64,000 nt of DNA from a virus (IMGVR_UViG_3300030117_007605:21286-85285); one strand, 5' to 3'; positions 8,458 to 18,740 are shown, numbered from the stretch's first letter. Numbers and translations are program-made. The notes: generated from the sequence alone by a model not told the origin.

Positions 8458-9457
8458 TGTCGTTGTTGGTCTTCAGTATGGTGATGAAGGCAAAGGAAAA
8501 GTTACTCACCATCTATGTAAGACAGGAGGTTATACACATGTCTTACGCTACAATGGTGGCTGCAATGCTGGTCATACTATTTTTCATGAAGGTCAGAAAT
8601 TTGTTACACATCACATTCCAGCAGGGGTTTTCTTTGGAATTAAAAGCATCATTGGTAATGGTTGTGTTCTTGACCCTGCACAATTTTTCCGAGAATTAGA
8701 GGAACTTAAATCAGGTGGAATCAATACTGAGGGGCTTATTTATGTCGCGAACAATTGTCATGTGATCACAGATGAACACAAAGAAGAAGACGGTAAAGAC
8801 AAAAAGATTGGCACAACCAAACGAGGCAATGGTCCCGCATACAGAGATAAATACGCTAGAACAGGTATCATGGCAAAGGATATTCCAGAGCTTAAACCAT
8901 ACTTGATTGATCTACACGATGAGTTCTGGAATCAGCCTGACGTTAAAATCCTCTGTGAAGGCGCACAAGGCTTCGGATTGGATATTGACTGGGGAGACTA
9001 CCCTTTCGTCACTTCAAGCCATTGTCTGACATCCTCGGTGCTTTTAAACGCCATTCCTCATTATGCTATCCGTGATGTATGGGGAGTTGCCAAAGCTTAC
9101 GAGACTTATGTTGGCACAAAGCAATTCCAACCACCACATAATAAAGTTTTTGCTCATATCCAAGAGGCAGGGCAGGAATTTGGTGCTACTACTGGAAGAG
9201 TTAGACAGTGTAACTGGATTAGCCTTCCGTTTCTCAAGAAATCAGTTCAACTGAATGGTGTAAATCGTGTTGTGATCAATAAGATGGATATTATGCGACA
9301 GGTTGGAAACTGGAGTCTTAGAAACAATGATGGTAAATCAGACTTCTTTGAGTATTTTTCAACAGAAGAAGAATTTACTAACAGAATTGAAGAATTCTTG
9401 GCTGGGACTGGGAAGGATATGGATATTTTCTTTTCAGACAGTCCACACAAAATTTAG
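8447..9457 (+). CDS. purA: Adenylosuccinate synthetase, short 336-aa form
   Basis: GLQYGDEGKGK, GGCNAGHT, IGTTKRGNGPAY, EGAQG, YPFVTSS, EFGATTGRVR, NKMD. Confidence 0.95.
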   Translation: MIADVVVGLQYGDEGKGKVTHHLCKTGGYTHVLRYNGGCNAGHTIFHEGQKFVTHHIPAGVFFGIKSIIGNGCVLDPAQFFRELEELKSGGINTEGLIYVANNCHVITDEHKEEDGKDKKIGTTKRGNGPAYRDKYARTGIMAKDIPELKPYLIDLHDEFWNQPDVKILCEGAQGFGLDIDWGDYPFVTSSHCLTSSVLLNAIPHYAIRDVWGVAKAYETYVGTKQFQPPHNKVFAHIQEAGQEFGATTGRVRQCNWISLPFLKKSVQLNGVNRVVINKMDIMRQVGNWSLRNNDGKSDFFEYFSTEEEFTNRIEEFLAGTGKDMDIFFSDSPHKI

Positions 9458-9467
9458 GGAGAATAAA

Positions 9468-9692
9468 ATGAACAATAAATTTTTTAAATTTCATTTTAAA
9501 AATGATAAAACTAAGCGAGGCACAAGTTGTCACAAAAATTTTGATAATTTTACAGATGCAATGAACTTTGCTTATGATTATCTAGATAAGCTTAATGACA
9601 AGCCTAAAAAAGAGGTTGGTCAGTATAGAATAATTGGTGTATACGAAATTTTATACACACATGATATTCCAGTTCCTAGTGAACTAAACTAA
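9468..9692 (+). CDS. Hypothetical protein (74 aa)
   Basis: GGAG SD before ATG 9468; the track start at 9303 overlaps purA. Confidence 0.65.
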   Translation: MNNKFFKFHFKNDKTKRGTSCHKNFDNFTDAMNFAYDYLDKLNDKPKKEVGQYRIIGVYEILYTHDIPVPSELN

Positions 9693-9709
9693 TTAAAAAA
9701 GGAAACAAG

Positions 9710-10375
9710 ATGACAAGATATTATTGGTGCGACGATAAGACCAAAGAGAAAATCGAAGAAGAAGATGCTCATGATGAAGGTGTAACACCAATCATTCTAA
9801 TGGGTGGTGACGGCGGCGGACCACAAATACCAGACTCTGTAGATGTGATGGATAATGTAATCATGTTTTATGGAGAAGTTAGTGAAAAAAATGCGAAACT
9901 TTTAAATAAAGCACTCAGAACAGTTGATAAAGATTTGCAAGTATTTAAAGTTAAATATGATTCAGATCCACCACCAATTAAATTACATATCAGTTCATAT
10001 GGTGGTTCTGTTTTTGCAGGATTCTCAACAGTCGATGTGATTTTAAACTGTAAAACTCCGGTCCATACTTATATTGATGGTTCTGCTGCTTCGGCAGCGA
10101 CCTTAATCAGTGTTGTAGGAGATAAAAGATTTATTTACGAGCATTCACACATGCTCATTCATCAACTTTCCTCCGGTATGTGGGGTAAATTTGAAGACTT
10201 TAAAGACGAGATGGAAAACCTTGACATGATTATGTCTATGATCAAAAAGCTCTACAAGGAAAGAACTAATTTGTCTACACGACAGATTACAGAAATCCTC
10301 AAAAGAGATAAATGGTTCAATGCAGAAAAATGTCTTGAGATCGGACTCGTTGACGAGATCGTGGAAAATGGCTAA
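9710..10375 (+). CDS. clpP: ClpP-family serine protease
   Basis: ISSYGGSVFAG, GSAASAA (catalytic Ser), MLIHQ (His), RDKWFNAEKCLEIGLVD. Confidence 0.88.
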   Translation: MTRYYWCDDKTKEKIEEEDAHDEGVTPIILMGGDGGGPQIPDSVDVMDNVIMFYGEVSEKNAKLLNKALRTVDKDLQVFKVKYDSDPPPIKLHISSYGGSVFAGFSTVDVILNCKTPVHTYIDGSAASAATLISVVGDKRFIYEHSHMLIHQLSSGMWGKFEDFKDEMENLDMIMSMIKKLYKERTNLSTRQITEILKRDKWFNAEKCLEIGLVDEIVENG

Positions 10376-11684
10376 GAAAACTTATATTTTAGATACAAAT
10401 GTTTACCTTTCAGACCCAACGGCTTTTAAAAACTTTGGAAGAAATGATGTTGTTATTCCATTAAAAGTTTTAGAAGAGATTGATAAACATAAAAAGAGGC
10501 AAGATGGTGTGGGGGCTAATGCTCGCCACACCATTCGTCTTTTAGATGAATACCGTGGTAAGGGATCGGTACAGAAAGGGGTTCGGATCGAAAAAGGTAA
10601 AGGTCTTTTAAGAGCAAGAGTTTCAGATGTATCATCCCTCCCGCCAGAGTCTAACAGACGAGACCCAGACAATATTATTTTAGCTTGTGCTCTCAATGAG
10701 AAGGCAGAGGGTAAAAGAGTTGTTGTTGTATCCCGAGATATTAACCTCAGAGTCCGCTGTGACGCCCTTGGAATCCCTTGTGAGGGCTATGACATAAATC
10801 AAGTCGTTAATGACCGTAGCGAGCTTTACACGGGCTTTGAGAGGCACTTGGTAGATGACCAAACAATTGATCATTTCTACTCCGGTGAGAAAATTTTTAT
10901 TGAAAAAGAAGAAAAGTTATTATTACCCAACCAATTTGTTATGCTGATCTCTAATTCTAATGAAAAGAAAACTGCACTAGCAAGATTCTTAGCATACAAC
11001 AAACCGCTTATTAAAGCAGGAATCCACAAACATGGAGTCTGGGACATTACCGCAAGAAATAAAGAACAATCATTTGCAATTGATTTGTTACTTGATCCAA
11101 ACGTGCCAATCGTATCCCTCATTGGTGCCGCTGGTTGCGGTAAAACTTTACTGGCTGTGGCTGCTGGACTGGAACAAGTTTTAGATGAAGGTTCATTAGA
11201 ACCAATTTATAATAAACTTGTAGTATCAAGACCAGTGATGCCAATGGGCAGAGATATTGGTTTTCTGCCGGGTACATTAGAGGAAAAAATGGCTCCTTGG
11301 CTTGCTCCGGTACAAGATAACTTACAATTTCTTATGGGAAATGATAAAGTAGCACTAGAAATGTATTCGGAAAGAGGAATTATTGAAATTGAGGCTTTAA
11401 CTTATATTCGCGGTCGTTCTATCGCGAAAGCGTTCATTATTATTGATGAGGCACAGAACTTATCAACACATGAATTAAAGACTATCATTACTCGTGTTGG
11501 GGAAGGCACAAAAATTGTTTTAACCGGGGACATTGAACAGATTGATACAGTCTATTTGGATGCTACAAGTAATGGGTTGTCCTACGCCGTTGAAAAATTT
11601 AAAAATCATGGTTTAGCAGGTCATATTTCATTACAAAAAGGTGAAAGATCTAAGGTAGCAACATTAGCAGCAAAGGTTTTATAA
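10368..11684 (+). CDS. phoH: PIN-domain PhoH2-type ATPase/RNA helicase
   Basis: PIN motifs YILDTNV, EEID, DNIIL, SRDINLR; Walker A GAAGCGKT; IGFLPG, YIRGRS, IIDEAQN, GDIEQID. Confidence 0.93.
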   Translation: MAKKTYILDTNVYLSDPTAFKNFGRNDVVIPLKVLEEIDKHKKRQDGVGANARHTIRLLDEYRGKGSVQKGVRIEKGKGLLRARVSDVSSLPPESNRRDPDNIILACALNEKAEGKRVVVVSRDINLRVRCDALGIPCEGYDINQVVNDRSELYTGFERHLVDDQTIDHFYSGEKIFIEKEEKLLLPNQFVMLISNSNEKKTALARFLAYNKPLIKAGIHKHGVWDITARNKEQSFAIDLLLDPNVPIVSLIGAAGCGKTLLAVAAGLEQVLDEGSLEPIYNKLVVSRPVMPMGRDIGFLPGTLEEKMAPWLAPVQDNLQFLMGNDKVALEMYSERGIIEIEALTYIRGRSIAKAFIIIDEAQNLSTHELKTIITRVGEGTKIVLTGDIEQIDTVYLDATSNGLSYAVEKFKNHGLAGHISLQKGERSKVATLAAKVL

Positions 11685-11932
11685 TGAATTTAAAAGAATA
11701 TATGATTGATTATGTTGGAAATAAATATGATCCAGATACTGATGAGGTAACCGTTGAGATGGTTATAGAGACTCTAGCAGAAGAGTTTCCTGAGTTTCTA
11801 CTTATGGTGGCAGAGGAAAATTACATTAGAGGGTATGAACAAGCTCTTGATGATGTAAACAGCGTTAAACAAAAATATGGACAGCAAACAACAGTACATA
11901 AAAAGAAAAGTAAAAAAAGCAAAAATAAATAA
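11684..11932 (+). CDS. Hypothetical acidic protein
   Basis: 82-aa ORF coupled to phoH through a TAATG overlap. Confidence 0.7.
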   Translation: MNLKEYMIDYVGNKYDPDTDEVTVEMVIETLAEEFPEFLLMVAEENYIRGYEQALDDVNSVKQKYGQQTTVHKKKSKKSKNK

Positions 11933-12524
11933 TGGGTTTGTTGTTGATGGGGTTCAAATACAAATTACCGAACCACCTGTTATCGACATTGAAAAATTTT
12001 TAAAAAATAATTTTGCTAAGCTTCCTGATGATCTAATCAATTCTGTTAACAAAATTATTATTGGTGATTTTTACATAAGCCCCGGTTCTTCGGGCAAGGC
12101 TATTAATGATGTTATTTATTTGAGGAATAAAACAAGTGAGGAGGACCTTTTCTCAGACCTTGTTCATGAGTTGGCTCACACTTATATTGGAAAAAATTAC
12201 AATAAAATTTTTGGTGATGGGAAATTAAAAAAAGAATTTATTTCTAAAAGAAATAAGTTATACCACCGGATGAGATCAAGCGGGATAGACCTGATGCCTC
12301 ATCAATATTTTGAGAATCCAAATTTTGATACAAGTTTTGATGATTATCTTGGCAAAACAATTGGCTATGAACTTTTAAGTCAGTTGATTTCAGGGATATT
12401 CCCAACCTGTTATAGTGCTAGTTCCTTAGAAGAGTATTATTCAGTGGGTTTGGATCTACTATTTACTAATAGAGGTAGGATGCTTGAAAGGTGCCCTGCG
12501 TTAAAACAGAAGGTATCAATATGA
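11877..12524 (+). CDS. Putative zincin metallopeptidase
   Basis: LVHELAH (HExxH) plus distal YSASSLEEYY (candidate third ligand, ATLF/MtfA-like). Confidence 0.6.
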   Translation: MDSKQQYIKRKVKKAKINNGFVVDGVQIQITEPPVIDIEKFLKNNFAKLPDDLINSVNKIIIGDFYISPGSSGKAINDVIYLRNKTSEEDLFSDLVHELAHTYIGKNYNKIFGDGKLKKEFISKRNKLYHRMRSSGIDLMPHQYFENPNFDTSFDDYLGKTIGYELLSQLISGIFPTCYSASSLEEYYSVGLDLLFTNRGRMLERCPALKQKVSI

Positions 12525-12775
12525 GGAAACCAAGAATTCTTTTTGAACAGGCAATGATTGAAAAAATGCAAGACCTGCAAGAAAAAGTTAAAAGAAAAAA
12601 TTTAGAAAAAGAAAAGCGCAAAGAAAACGAAAAGAAAAAAGGGTTTGAAAAACTCTTCAAGATGAGTTATAATGAAGTACGCCAAGAAGCAAAGAAAATG
12701 AAAATAACAACTTGGCGAAAAACAAAAGAGGAACTGATTGAAGAACTCATCAAAGAATACAAAAGACTACATTAG
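12521..12775 (+). CDS. Basic coiled-coil protein with a C-terminal Rho_N/HeH-like motif
   Basis: MSYNEVRQEAKKMKITTWRKTKEELIEELIK fits the Rho N-terminal helix-extension-helix pattern. Confidence 0.5.
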   Translation: MRKPRILFEQAMIEKMQDLQEKVKRKNLEKEKRKENEKKKGFEKLFKMSYNEVRQEAKKMKITTWRKTKEELIEELIKEYKRLH

Positions 12776-13514
12776 CTATTCCCGTTATAAGATGTGGAGC
12801 GAATGCGGCTGGCGCTACCGGTTAGTTTATAAAGATAAGATCCCATTTTATTCTAGCAACGAATTCACTGCATTTGGTACTGCAATTCACGCTACATGTG
12901 AAAATGTTTTGTTTGGGAACAAAGATTCTAAACCAGAAGATTACTTTATTGAACAGTTTGCAGAGAGTCGTAAAGAAATCGAAAAGCCCAATGATGATTT
13001 AGCAAACGAGATGCTATCGCAAGGTAAAACAATACTCCCACAGGTCCAAGGCGCAGTGAAAGATTATTTTGGCGATTACGAAGTAATCTCTACTGAAGAA
13101 GAATTATTAGAACCAGTTAAAGAAGACTTGGATTTTAAAGGGTACATTGATATGGTGTTAAAGACACCAGATGGTAAGTATCACATCTTAGACTGGAAAA
13201 CGTGTTCATGGGGCTGGAATGCACAAAAGAAATCAAGTAAACTTATGACTTACCAGTTAACCTTATACAAAAAATATTTTTGTGAGAAGTATAATATTGA
13301 TCCAACAAACGTTGAAACATACTTCGGGTTGTTAAAGAGAACAGCCAAAAAAAACAACGTTGAAATCTTCCGTGTAACAAGCGGTAACAAAAAAACTGAA
13401 AATGCACTTAAATCCTTGAACAATTTTATCTATAATGTTGAAAAAGGTCTTTATTTTAAGAATAGGTTGTCATGTAGATACTGTTCTTTTTACAAGACTG
13501 AACATTGTAGGTAA
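12738..13514 (+). CDS. Cas4/AddB-like PD-(D/E)XK exonuclease with Fe-S cysteines
   Basis: SYS...C, GTAIH, GYID, ILDWKT, QLTLY and C-terminal CRYC...C. Confidence 0.88.
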   Translation: MKNSSKNTKDYISYSRYKMWSECGWRYRLVYKDKIPFYSSNEFTAFGTAIHATCENVLFGNKDSKPEDYFIEQFAESRKEIEKPNDDLANEMLSQGKTILPQVQGAVKDYFGDYEVISTEEELLEPVKEDLDFKGYIDMVLKTPDGKYHILDWKTCSWGWNAQKKSSKLMTYQLTLYKKYFCEKYNIDPTNVETYFGLLKRTAKKNNVEIFRVTSGNKKTENALKSLNNFIYNVEKGLYFKNRLSCRYCSFYKTEHCR

Positions 13515-13519
13515 ATTTA

Positions 13520-14791
13520 ATGGAAGAAAAAAGAATAAAGATTCTCACTTTGGGGGATATGCCCTTAGCCACGTCTGGCGTCGGCAACCAAACCAAATAT
13601 ATAATTGAAGCATTGCTGGCGACTGGGAAGTTTGAAGTCTTCAGTCTTGGTGGTGCAATGAAACACCCTCGGTATCAGATGCTAAAAACAGAAAAGTGGG
13701 GAGATCTTTGGACAATCTTGCCAGTGGACCAGTTTGGCACAAAAGACATGGTGCGTTCAATTATTTCGCGAGAAAAGCCAGACATTCTTTGGTTTATGAC
13801 CGATCCTCGTTTTTGGGGATGGTTGTGGGAAATGGACAACGAAATCCGTCAGAATATCCCAATGGTTTATTATCATGTATGGGACAACTATCCATATCCA
13901 AAATTCAATAAGAAATACTATGAAAGTAATGATGTGATTGTTTCAATCTCAAAACTGACAGATGATATTGTTAAAACAGTTGCACCAGATGTCGAATCAC
14001 ATTATATTCCTCATGCTGTGGACACAAACATATTTAAAAAGTTGGATGATGAAATTGTGGATAACCTACGAGCAGAAAACAAGGGTCCATATGGTCAAGC
14101 CCTCACTGATCGTTTTGTAGTACTTTTTAATAGTAGGAACGCTCGCCGCAAACACAGCGGCACTTTAATATTTTGGTTTAAGGAGTTCCTTGAAAGAGTG
14201 GGGGAGGATAAAGCTGTCCTTCTGATGCACACAGAGCCAACAGATCCCAATGGTCCCGATCTACTACAAATTGTAGAAGACCTTGAACTGGATACGGGAC
14301 AGGTCCTTTTTTCAAGAGACAAATTAGATGAAAAAAAGGTTGCAACACTTTACAATATCGCTGATGTGACAGTGAATATTTCTGATGCAGAGGGGTTTGG
14401 ATTATCATGCTTAGAATCACTTGCTTGTGAAACTCCAGTGGTTGGAGTCCGTACAGGTGGTTTGCAAGACCAATTAACCGATGGGAAGGAGGTCTTTGGT
14501 GTTATGATTGAACCCTCATCGTCTGAAGTTGTTGGTTCTCAATTGGTTCCTTATGTACATGAAGACAGAATTGCGAAAGAAGACTTTATCAATGGTCTAT
14601 ATGATATGTATTTTGCTGCCAAATCCGGCAGAGCCAAAATTGGCAAGAAGGCAAGAAAACATGTTATGAAGAATTTTAATTTTAAAGACTTTAACGAATC
14701 TTGGATTAACTTGATGCTTGAAATCCATGAGAAATACGGCTCTTGGGAAAATAGGAAGCTTTATCAAAACTGGAGAAATGAATCATTATGA
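13520..14791 (+). CDS. GT-B glycosyltransferase (GT4-like)
   Basis: SGVG, IPHAVD, RNARRK, LYNIADV, AEGFGLSCLESLAC. Confidence 0.9.
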   Translation: MEEKRIKILTLGDMPLATSGVGNQTKYIIEALLATGKFEVFSLGGAMKHPRYQMLKTEKWGDLWTILPVDQFGTKDMVRSIISREKPDILWFMTDPRFWGWLWEMDNEIRQNIPMVYYHVWDNYPYPKFNKKYYESNDVIVSISKLTDDIVKTVAPDVESHYIPHAVDTNIFKKLDDEIVDNLRAENKGPYGQALTDRFVVLFNSRNARRKHSGTLIFWFKEFLERVGEDKAVLLMHTEPTDPNGPDLLQIVEDLELDTGQVLFSRDKLDEKKVATLYNIADVTVNISDAEGFGLSCLESLACETPVVGVRTGGLQDQLTDGKEVFGVMIEPSSSEVVGSQLVPYVHEDRIAKEDFINGLYDMYFAAKSGRAKIGKKARKHVMKNFNFKDFNESWINLMLEIHEKYGSWENRKLYQNWRNESL

Positions 14792-16071
14792 AAAAGAAAG
14801 TATTATTAGTAGGTCCAATTTTAACTCAATCTGGATATGGAGAACATGCCAGGATGGTTTATCGAGCTTTAAAGAGTCGTGAAGACATATTTGATATTTA
14901 TGTTAATCCGGTAAACTGGGGTGCGACAAGCTGGATTACAGAAAGAACACCTGAACGCGAAGAAATCAATGTTTTAATTCAAAAGACTTTTCAACACCTT
15001 CAGGAAAAGCTACCATTTGATACAACCATAATGGTTACAATTCCATCAGAATGGAAACAATATCGTGCAGCCCCTGAAAATATCGGTGTTTGTGCGGGAA
15101 TTGAAACTGATAGAGTTTCACCACACTGGCTGGAAGCAGCTAATCTTTTTGTCGATAAGGTCATTGTCCCCGCAGAATTTTCGAAAGAAGGCTTTGTAAA
15201 CGCTGCTTGGGATGTGAAAGATCAAGCGGGGAATGATTTGAAGTTAACTCTTGCTAAACCAATTGAAGTTGTAAATTACCCAGTCGAAAAAGAGTTTTGT
15301 AATCCTTCAGATTGTTTACATGAGAAGCTAAAATTTGAACACGACTTTAATTTTCTTTGTGTTGCACAATGGGGCATTAGAAAAAACATCGATGGGACGC
15401 TTAAATACTTTTTAGATGAATTCAAAGATGAAGAAGTAGGGCTTGTTTTGAAGTTATCTATAAAAGATAGTTCAACAATAGACTTTTATCAAACTAAGAA
15501 GAGAATCAATAATATATTAAAGGCATATCCTGATAGAAAGTGCTCTGTTCGACTCTTACATGGATATTTTTCAAAAGAAGAGTTAAGTTCTCTTTATACT
15601 CACCCTCAAATTAAAGCGATGGTTAATTTTGGGCATGGTGAAGGCTATGGATTGCCTCTTTTTGAAGCGGCATCTGTTGGTTTACCAGTGCTTACTCATG
15701 ATTGGGGCGGTCAGAAAGACTTTCTATATGCTCCCAAAAAAGATAAGAAGGGTAGAGAAAAGATGAGACCGCATTTTTCTAAGGTTTCTTATGACTTAAA
15801 ACCAATACAGAAAGAAGCAGTTTGGGACAGCGTGCTACAACCAGAAAGCCAATGGGCATATCCTCACTGGGGATCTTGTCAAATTAGCATGAGACAATGT
15901 TTTGAAAACTACGGATTATATTCAGGGCAAGCGAAGAAACTAAAAACTTGGGTTCTTAAAAATTTCCATGAGGATAAAATTAATAAAGAAATGGTTGACT
16001 TATTACACGACGAGGAAGCATTCGAAGTAGAAAATTGGTTGACGTCACTTGGCGATATTGATGAAGGATAA
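14788..16071 (+). CDS. GT-B glycosyltransferase (GT4-like)
   Basis: SGYGEHAR, RKNI, GEGYGLPLFEAA. Confidence 0.9.
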   Translation: MKKKVLLVGPILTQSGYGEHARMVYRALKSREDIFDIYVNPVNWGATSWITERTPEREEINVLIQKTFQHLQEKLPFDTTIMVTIPSEWKQYRAAPENIGVCAGIETDRVSPHWLEAANLFVDKVIVPAEFSKEGFVNAAWDVKDQAGNDLKLTLAKPIEVVNYPVEKEFCNPSDCLHEKLKFEHDFNFLCVAQWGIRKNIDGTLKYFLDEFKDEEVGLVLKLSIKDSSTIDFYQTKKRINNILKAYPDRKCSVRLLHGYFSKEELSSLYTHPQIKAMVNFGHGEGYGLPLFEAASVGLPVLTHDWGGQKDFLYAPKKDKKGREKMRPHFSKVSYDLKPIQKEAVWDSVLQPESQWAYPHWGSCQISMRQCFENYGLYSGQAKKLKTWVLKNFHEDKINKEMVDLLHDEEAFEVENWLTSLGDIDEG

Positions 16072-16927
16072 GACGGCAAAGATTGTTTTAATCTCTGATT
16101 ACTTTTTGAAAGACCTTCCCTACGGTGGCGGTGCCGAGTATAACGATGAGATTGTTAACAACTTGTTGTCGGACAGAGGCTATTCGGTCATTAGAAAAAA
16201 GTCCCATCAGGCAGACGTCAAATTTTTAACAAGTTTGCCTGATGGAACAAAATTGATAGTATCAAATTTTATAAATCTATCTGAAGAAAGCAAACAATAT
16301 ATTGCAAAAAATCTTGATTATATAATTTATGAGCACGATCATAAATATTTAAGACTTAGGATACCATCTCTATTTTATAATTTCAAAGCACCAGATCACG
16401 AGATAGTAAATTATAATTTTTATAAGTCTGCAAAAACTGTTCTTGCACAAACTAGTTTTCACAAAAAAATTATAGATCTGAACATTAATACCGAGAATGT
16501 CATTAGTTTGTCGGGCAATTTATGGACTGATGAAGATTTTGAGCAATTCAAGGAGAACCTTTCGATGGCAAAGACAGAACAATGTTCTGTTTTAAATTCC
16601 CCGCTTATCAATAAAGGGACTGCCAAGGCAGTTAAACACTGTGAAGAAAATAATATTGATTATGAATTGATCGCTGACAAAAATTATTATAAATTCTTAA
16701 AAAAGATCGCTTCGAACCAAAAATTAATATTTTTGCCAACAATCCCTGAGACGTTAAGCAGAATTTGTGTTGAAGCTAAGATGATGGGATGCTCAGTTAT
16801 AACGAACGGCATGGTTGGTGCGAAATATGAAGACTGGTATAAACTTAGGGGAGAAGAGTTGATCGAGCACATGAAGAAGACCCGAGATGAAATAGTTGAA
16901 TTGATTTTGGAGCAATTAAGTGGATAG
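16061..16927 (+). CDS. Divergent GT-B glycosyltransferase
   Basis: GGGAE at the N-terminus; PETLSRICVEAKMMGC (E-x7-E). Confidence 0.7.
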   Translation: MKDKTAKIVLISDYFLKDLPYGGGAEYNDEIVNNLLSDRGYSVIRKKSHQADVKFLTSLPDGTKLIVSNFINLSEESKQYIAKNLDYIIYEHDHKYLRLRIPSLFYNFKAPDHEIVNYNFYKSAKTVLAQTSFHKKIIDLNINTENVISLSGNLWTDEDFEQFKENLSMAKTEQCSVLNSPLINKGTAKAVKHCEENNIDYELIADKNYYKFLKKIASNQKLIFLPTIPETLSRICVEAKMMGCSVITNGMVGAKYEDWYKLRGEELIEHMKKTRDEIVELILEQLSG

Positions 16928-17654
16928 TCTTAAGTTTACAATAATAATTCCGTGTTTTAACAGTGAAAACTGGATTAAAGAAAGTCTATTATCTGCCTTA
17001 AACCAGACTTACAAGAATTTAGAAGTTATCTTTGTTGATAACGAGAGCACGGATACATCCGTTGAGATCACAAAAGAAATTAAAGGACAATATCCAAATT
17101 TAATAACGGCTTCAGCAAAAAACATATATAAACATTCGTATCAAGAACCTGTTGAAAAGGGATTAGAAATTGCTACTGGTGATTATTTCACAATATTAGG
17201 ATCAGATGACTACTTGCATGAGGACTATGTAAAAAATATTGTTGACATTCTGTCAAAAACTGATAAAATCGCTGTTATGCAAAGCCCCTTGCACTGTGTA
17301 AAGGAAAGCGATGCTCAGGTGGTGAATAAAATAAAACATAAATATAGAAATATCGGAGAATTTAAGCGGTTACTGCTTGAAGGGTGTCCGGTCACCACGC
17401 CCACATTGGTTATCAAGAAAGAATTATATGACAATGGGGCTATAACTTGGAGGTCTGATAAGTTTTTAGGGGCTTCAGATTATGATCTTTATTTTTCGTT
17501 AGCAGATCAGGGCATCTTCATTTACCCTTTGCCCAAATGGCTGGGATATTATTATCGCTGGAATCCAGAACAATCTACATGGGGGATGCATCGCGAAGAA
17601 ACAAACTATGATAAACTTATAAAGGATGAATGGACAGAAAAATGGCAGAATTAA
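16920..17654 (+). CDS. GT2 (GT-A) glycosyltransferase
   Basis: IIIPCFN, SALNQTY, VDNESTD, GSDD, ASDYD. Confidence 0.92.
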   Translation: MDSLKFTIIIPCFNSENWIKESLLSALNQTYKNLEVIFVDNESTDTSVEITKEIKGQYPNLITASAKNIYKHSYQEPVEKGLEIATGDYFTILGSDDYLHEDYVKNIVDILSKTDKIAVMQSPLHCVKESDAQVVNKIKHKYRNIGEFKRLLLEGCPVTTPTLVIKKELYDNGAITWRSDKFLGASDYDLYFSLADQGIFIYPLPKWLGYYYRWNPEQSTWGMHREETNYDKLIKDEWTEKWQN

Positions 17655-18280
17655 AAGAACGAATACTCGATATTTGCTTTAAACACAAACTATCGCACAT
17701 GGGATCCTACTTCTCCAGTGTAGGAATTATCGATGATATTTATTCAAAAATGACGGACGATGATATCTTTATCTTGTCACCAGGGCATTGCGCGGTCGCA
17801 TTGTATGCCGTTCTAGAAAAATATAAAGGTGTTGATGCTGATAAACTTTTTGAAAAGCATGGAGGGCACCCTCACCGTGATGAACAAAACCATATTTTTT
17901 GTTCGACGGGTAGTCTTGGAATGGGATTACTTGTTGCGATAGGTAGGGCAATGGCGAACCCTAAAAGAAAAGTATATTGTCTGATAAGTGACGGTGAGTG
18001 CGCCGAGGGGTCTATCTGGGAAGGGCTCAAATTCATCTATGAGAATAATATTCAAAATATAGAGGTATATGCTAATATAAATGGATATGCAGCATATGAT
18101 TCTGTAGATGTGGATTACCTTTGCAGGCGTTTGAAAACATTTTTACCTAAAATAAACTTAGTTTTTACCAAAGTAAACCATTTTGATTTTTTGAATGGGC
18201 TCAATGCCCATTACCACATTATGAGCAAAGAAGATTACGATCTTGCAAAAAAGGAGTTGAGGCTTGAGAAAAGAGTTTAG
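17642..18280 (+). CDS. Transketolase-like enzyme, N-terminal TPP-binding subunit
   Basis: HMGS, FILSPGH, STGSLGMG, SDGECAEG...NING; alternative start at 17630. Confidence 0.88.
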   Translation: MAELKERILDICFKHKLSHMGSYFSSVGIIDDIYSKMTDDDIFILSPGHCAVALYAVLEKYKGVDADKLFEKHGGHPHRDEQNHIFCSTGSLGMGLLVAIGRAMANPKRKVYCLISDGECAEGSIWEGLKFIYENNIQNIEVYANINGYAAYDSVDVDYLCRRLKTFLPKINLVFTKVNHFDFLNGLNAHYHIMSKEDYDLAKKELRLEKRV

Positions 18281-18740
18281 TAAATTTTTATATAAAGAAA
18301 TGGGTAAAAATGAGAATATAGTTCTTTTAACTGGAGATCTTGGATATGGACTCTGGGATAAAATCAGAATGGATTATCCCGATAGGTTCTGGAATGTGGG
18401 CTCGTCAGAACAACTCCTGATCTGTGCTGCTACAGGTTTAGCAATGGAAGGCAAAATTCCGTTTGTTTATTCTATAACTCCTTTTTTACTTTATCGACCA
18501 TTTGAAGCAATTAGAAATTACGTTGATCATGAAAAGATCCCAATCAAATTAATCGGAGGTGGTAGAGACCGCGATTATGGGTATTTAGGATTTTCACACT
18601 GGGCAGAGGAAGACAAAAAGGTGATGAGTTGTTTTGATAATATTATTATGTCACATCCAGCTTCCGCAGAAGAAGCAAAAAAAGTTTTGGTAGAAAGCAT
18701 TCATAACAATAAACCTTATTATATAAACTTAAAAAGATGA
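18264..18740 (+). CDS. Transketolase-like enzyme, pyrimidine-binding subunit (short)
   Basis: LTGDLG, FWNVGSSEQ, AATGLAMEG, RPFEAIR, GFSH; only 158 aa. Confidence 0.88.
   Translation: MRKEFSKFLYKEMGKNENIVLLTGDLGYGLWDKIRMDYPDRFWNVGSSEQLLICAATGLAMEGKIPFVYSITPFLLYRPFEAIRNYVDHEKIPIKLIGGGRDRDYGYLGFSHWAEEDKKVMSCFDNIIMSHPASAEEAKKVLVESIHNNKPYYINLKR

Noticed and set aside
8447-9457. PurZ (2-aminoadenine genome) enzyme
   Set aside because: Retains the PurA Asp in GDEGKG (PurZ has Ser) and the Arg in TTGRVR; no datZ/mazZ-like genes in the window.
9710-10375. ClpP as the prohead protease cutting the LxE sites
   Set aside because: Not next to portal or capsid genes, and Glu-specific maturation is a property of gp21-type proteases, which are not in this window; cannot be fully excluded.
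12738-13514. CRISPR-Cas system
   Set aside because: Solo Cas4-like nuclease; no repeat-spacer array or other cas genes seen in the window.
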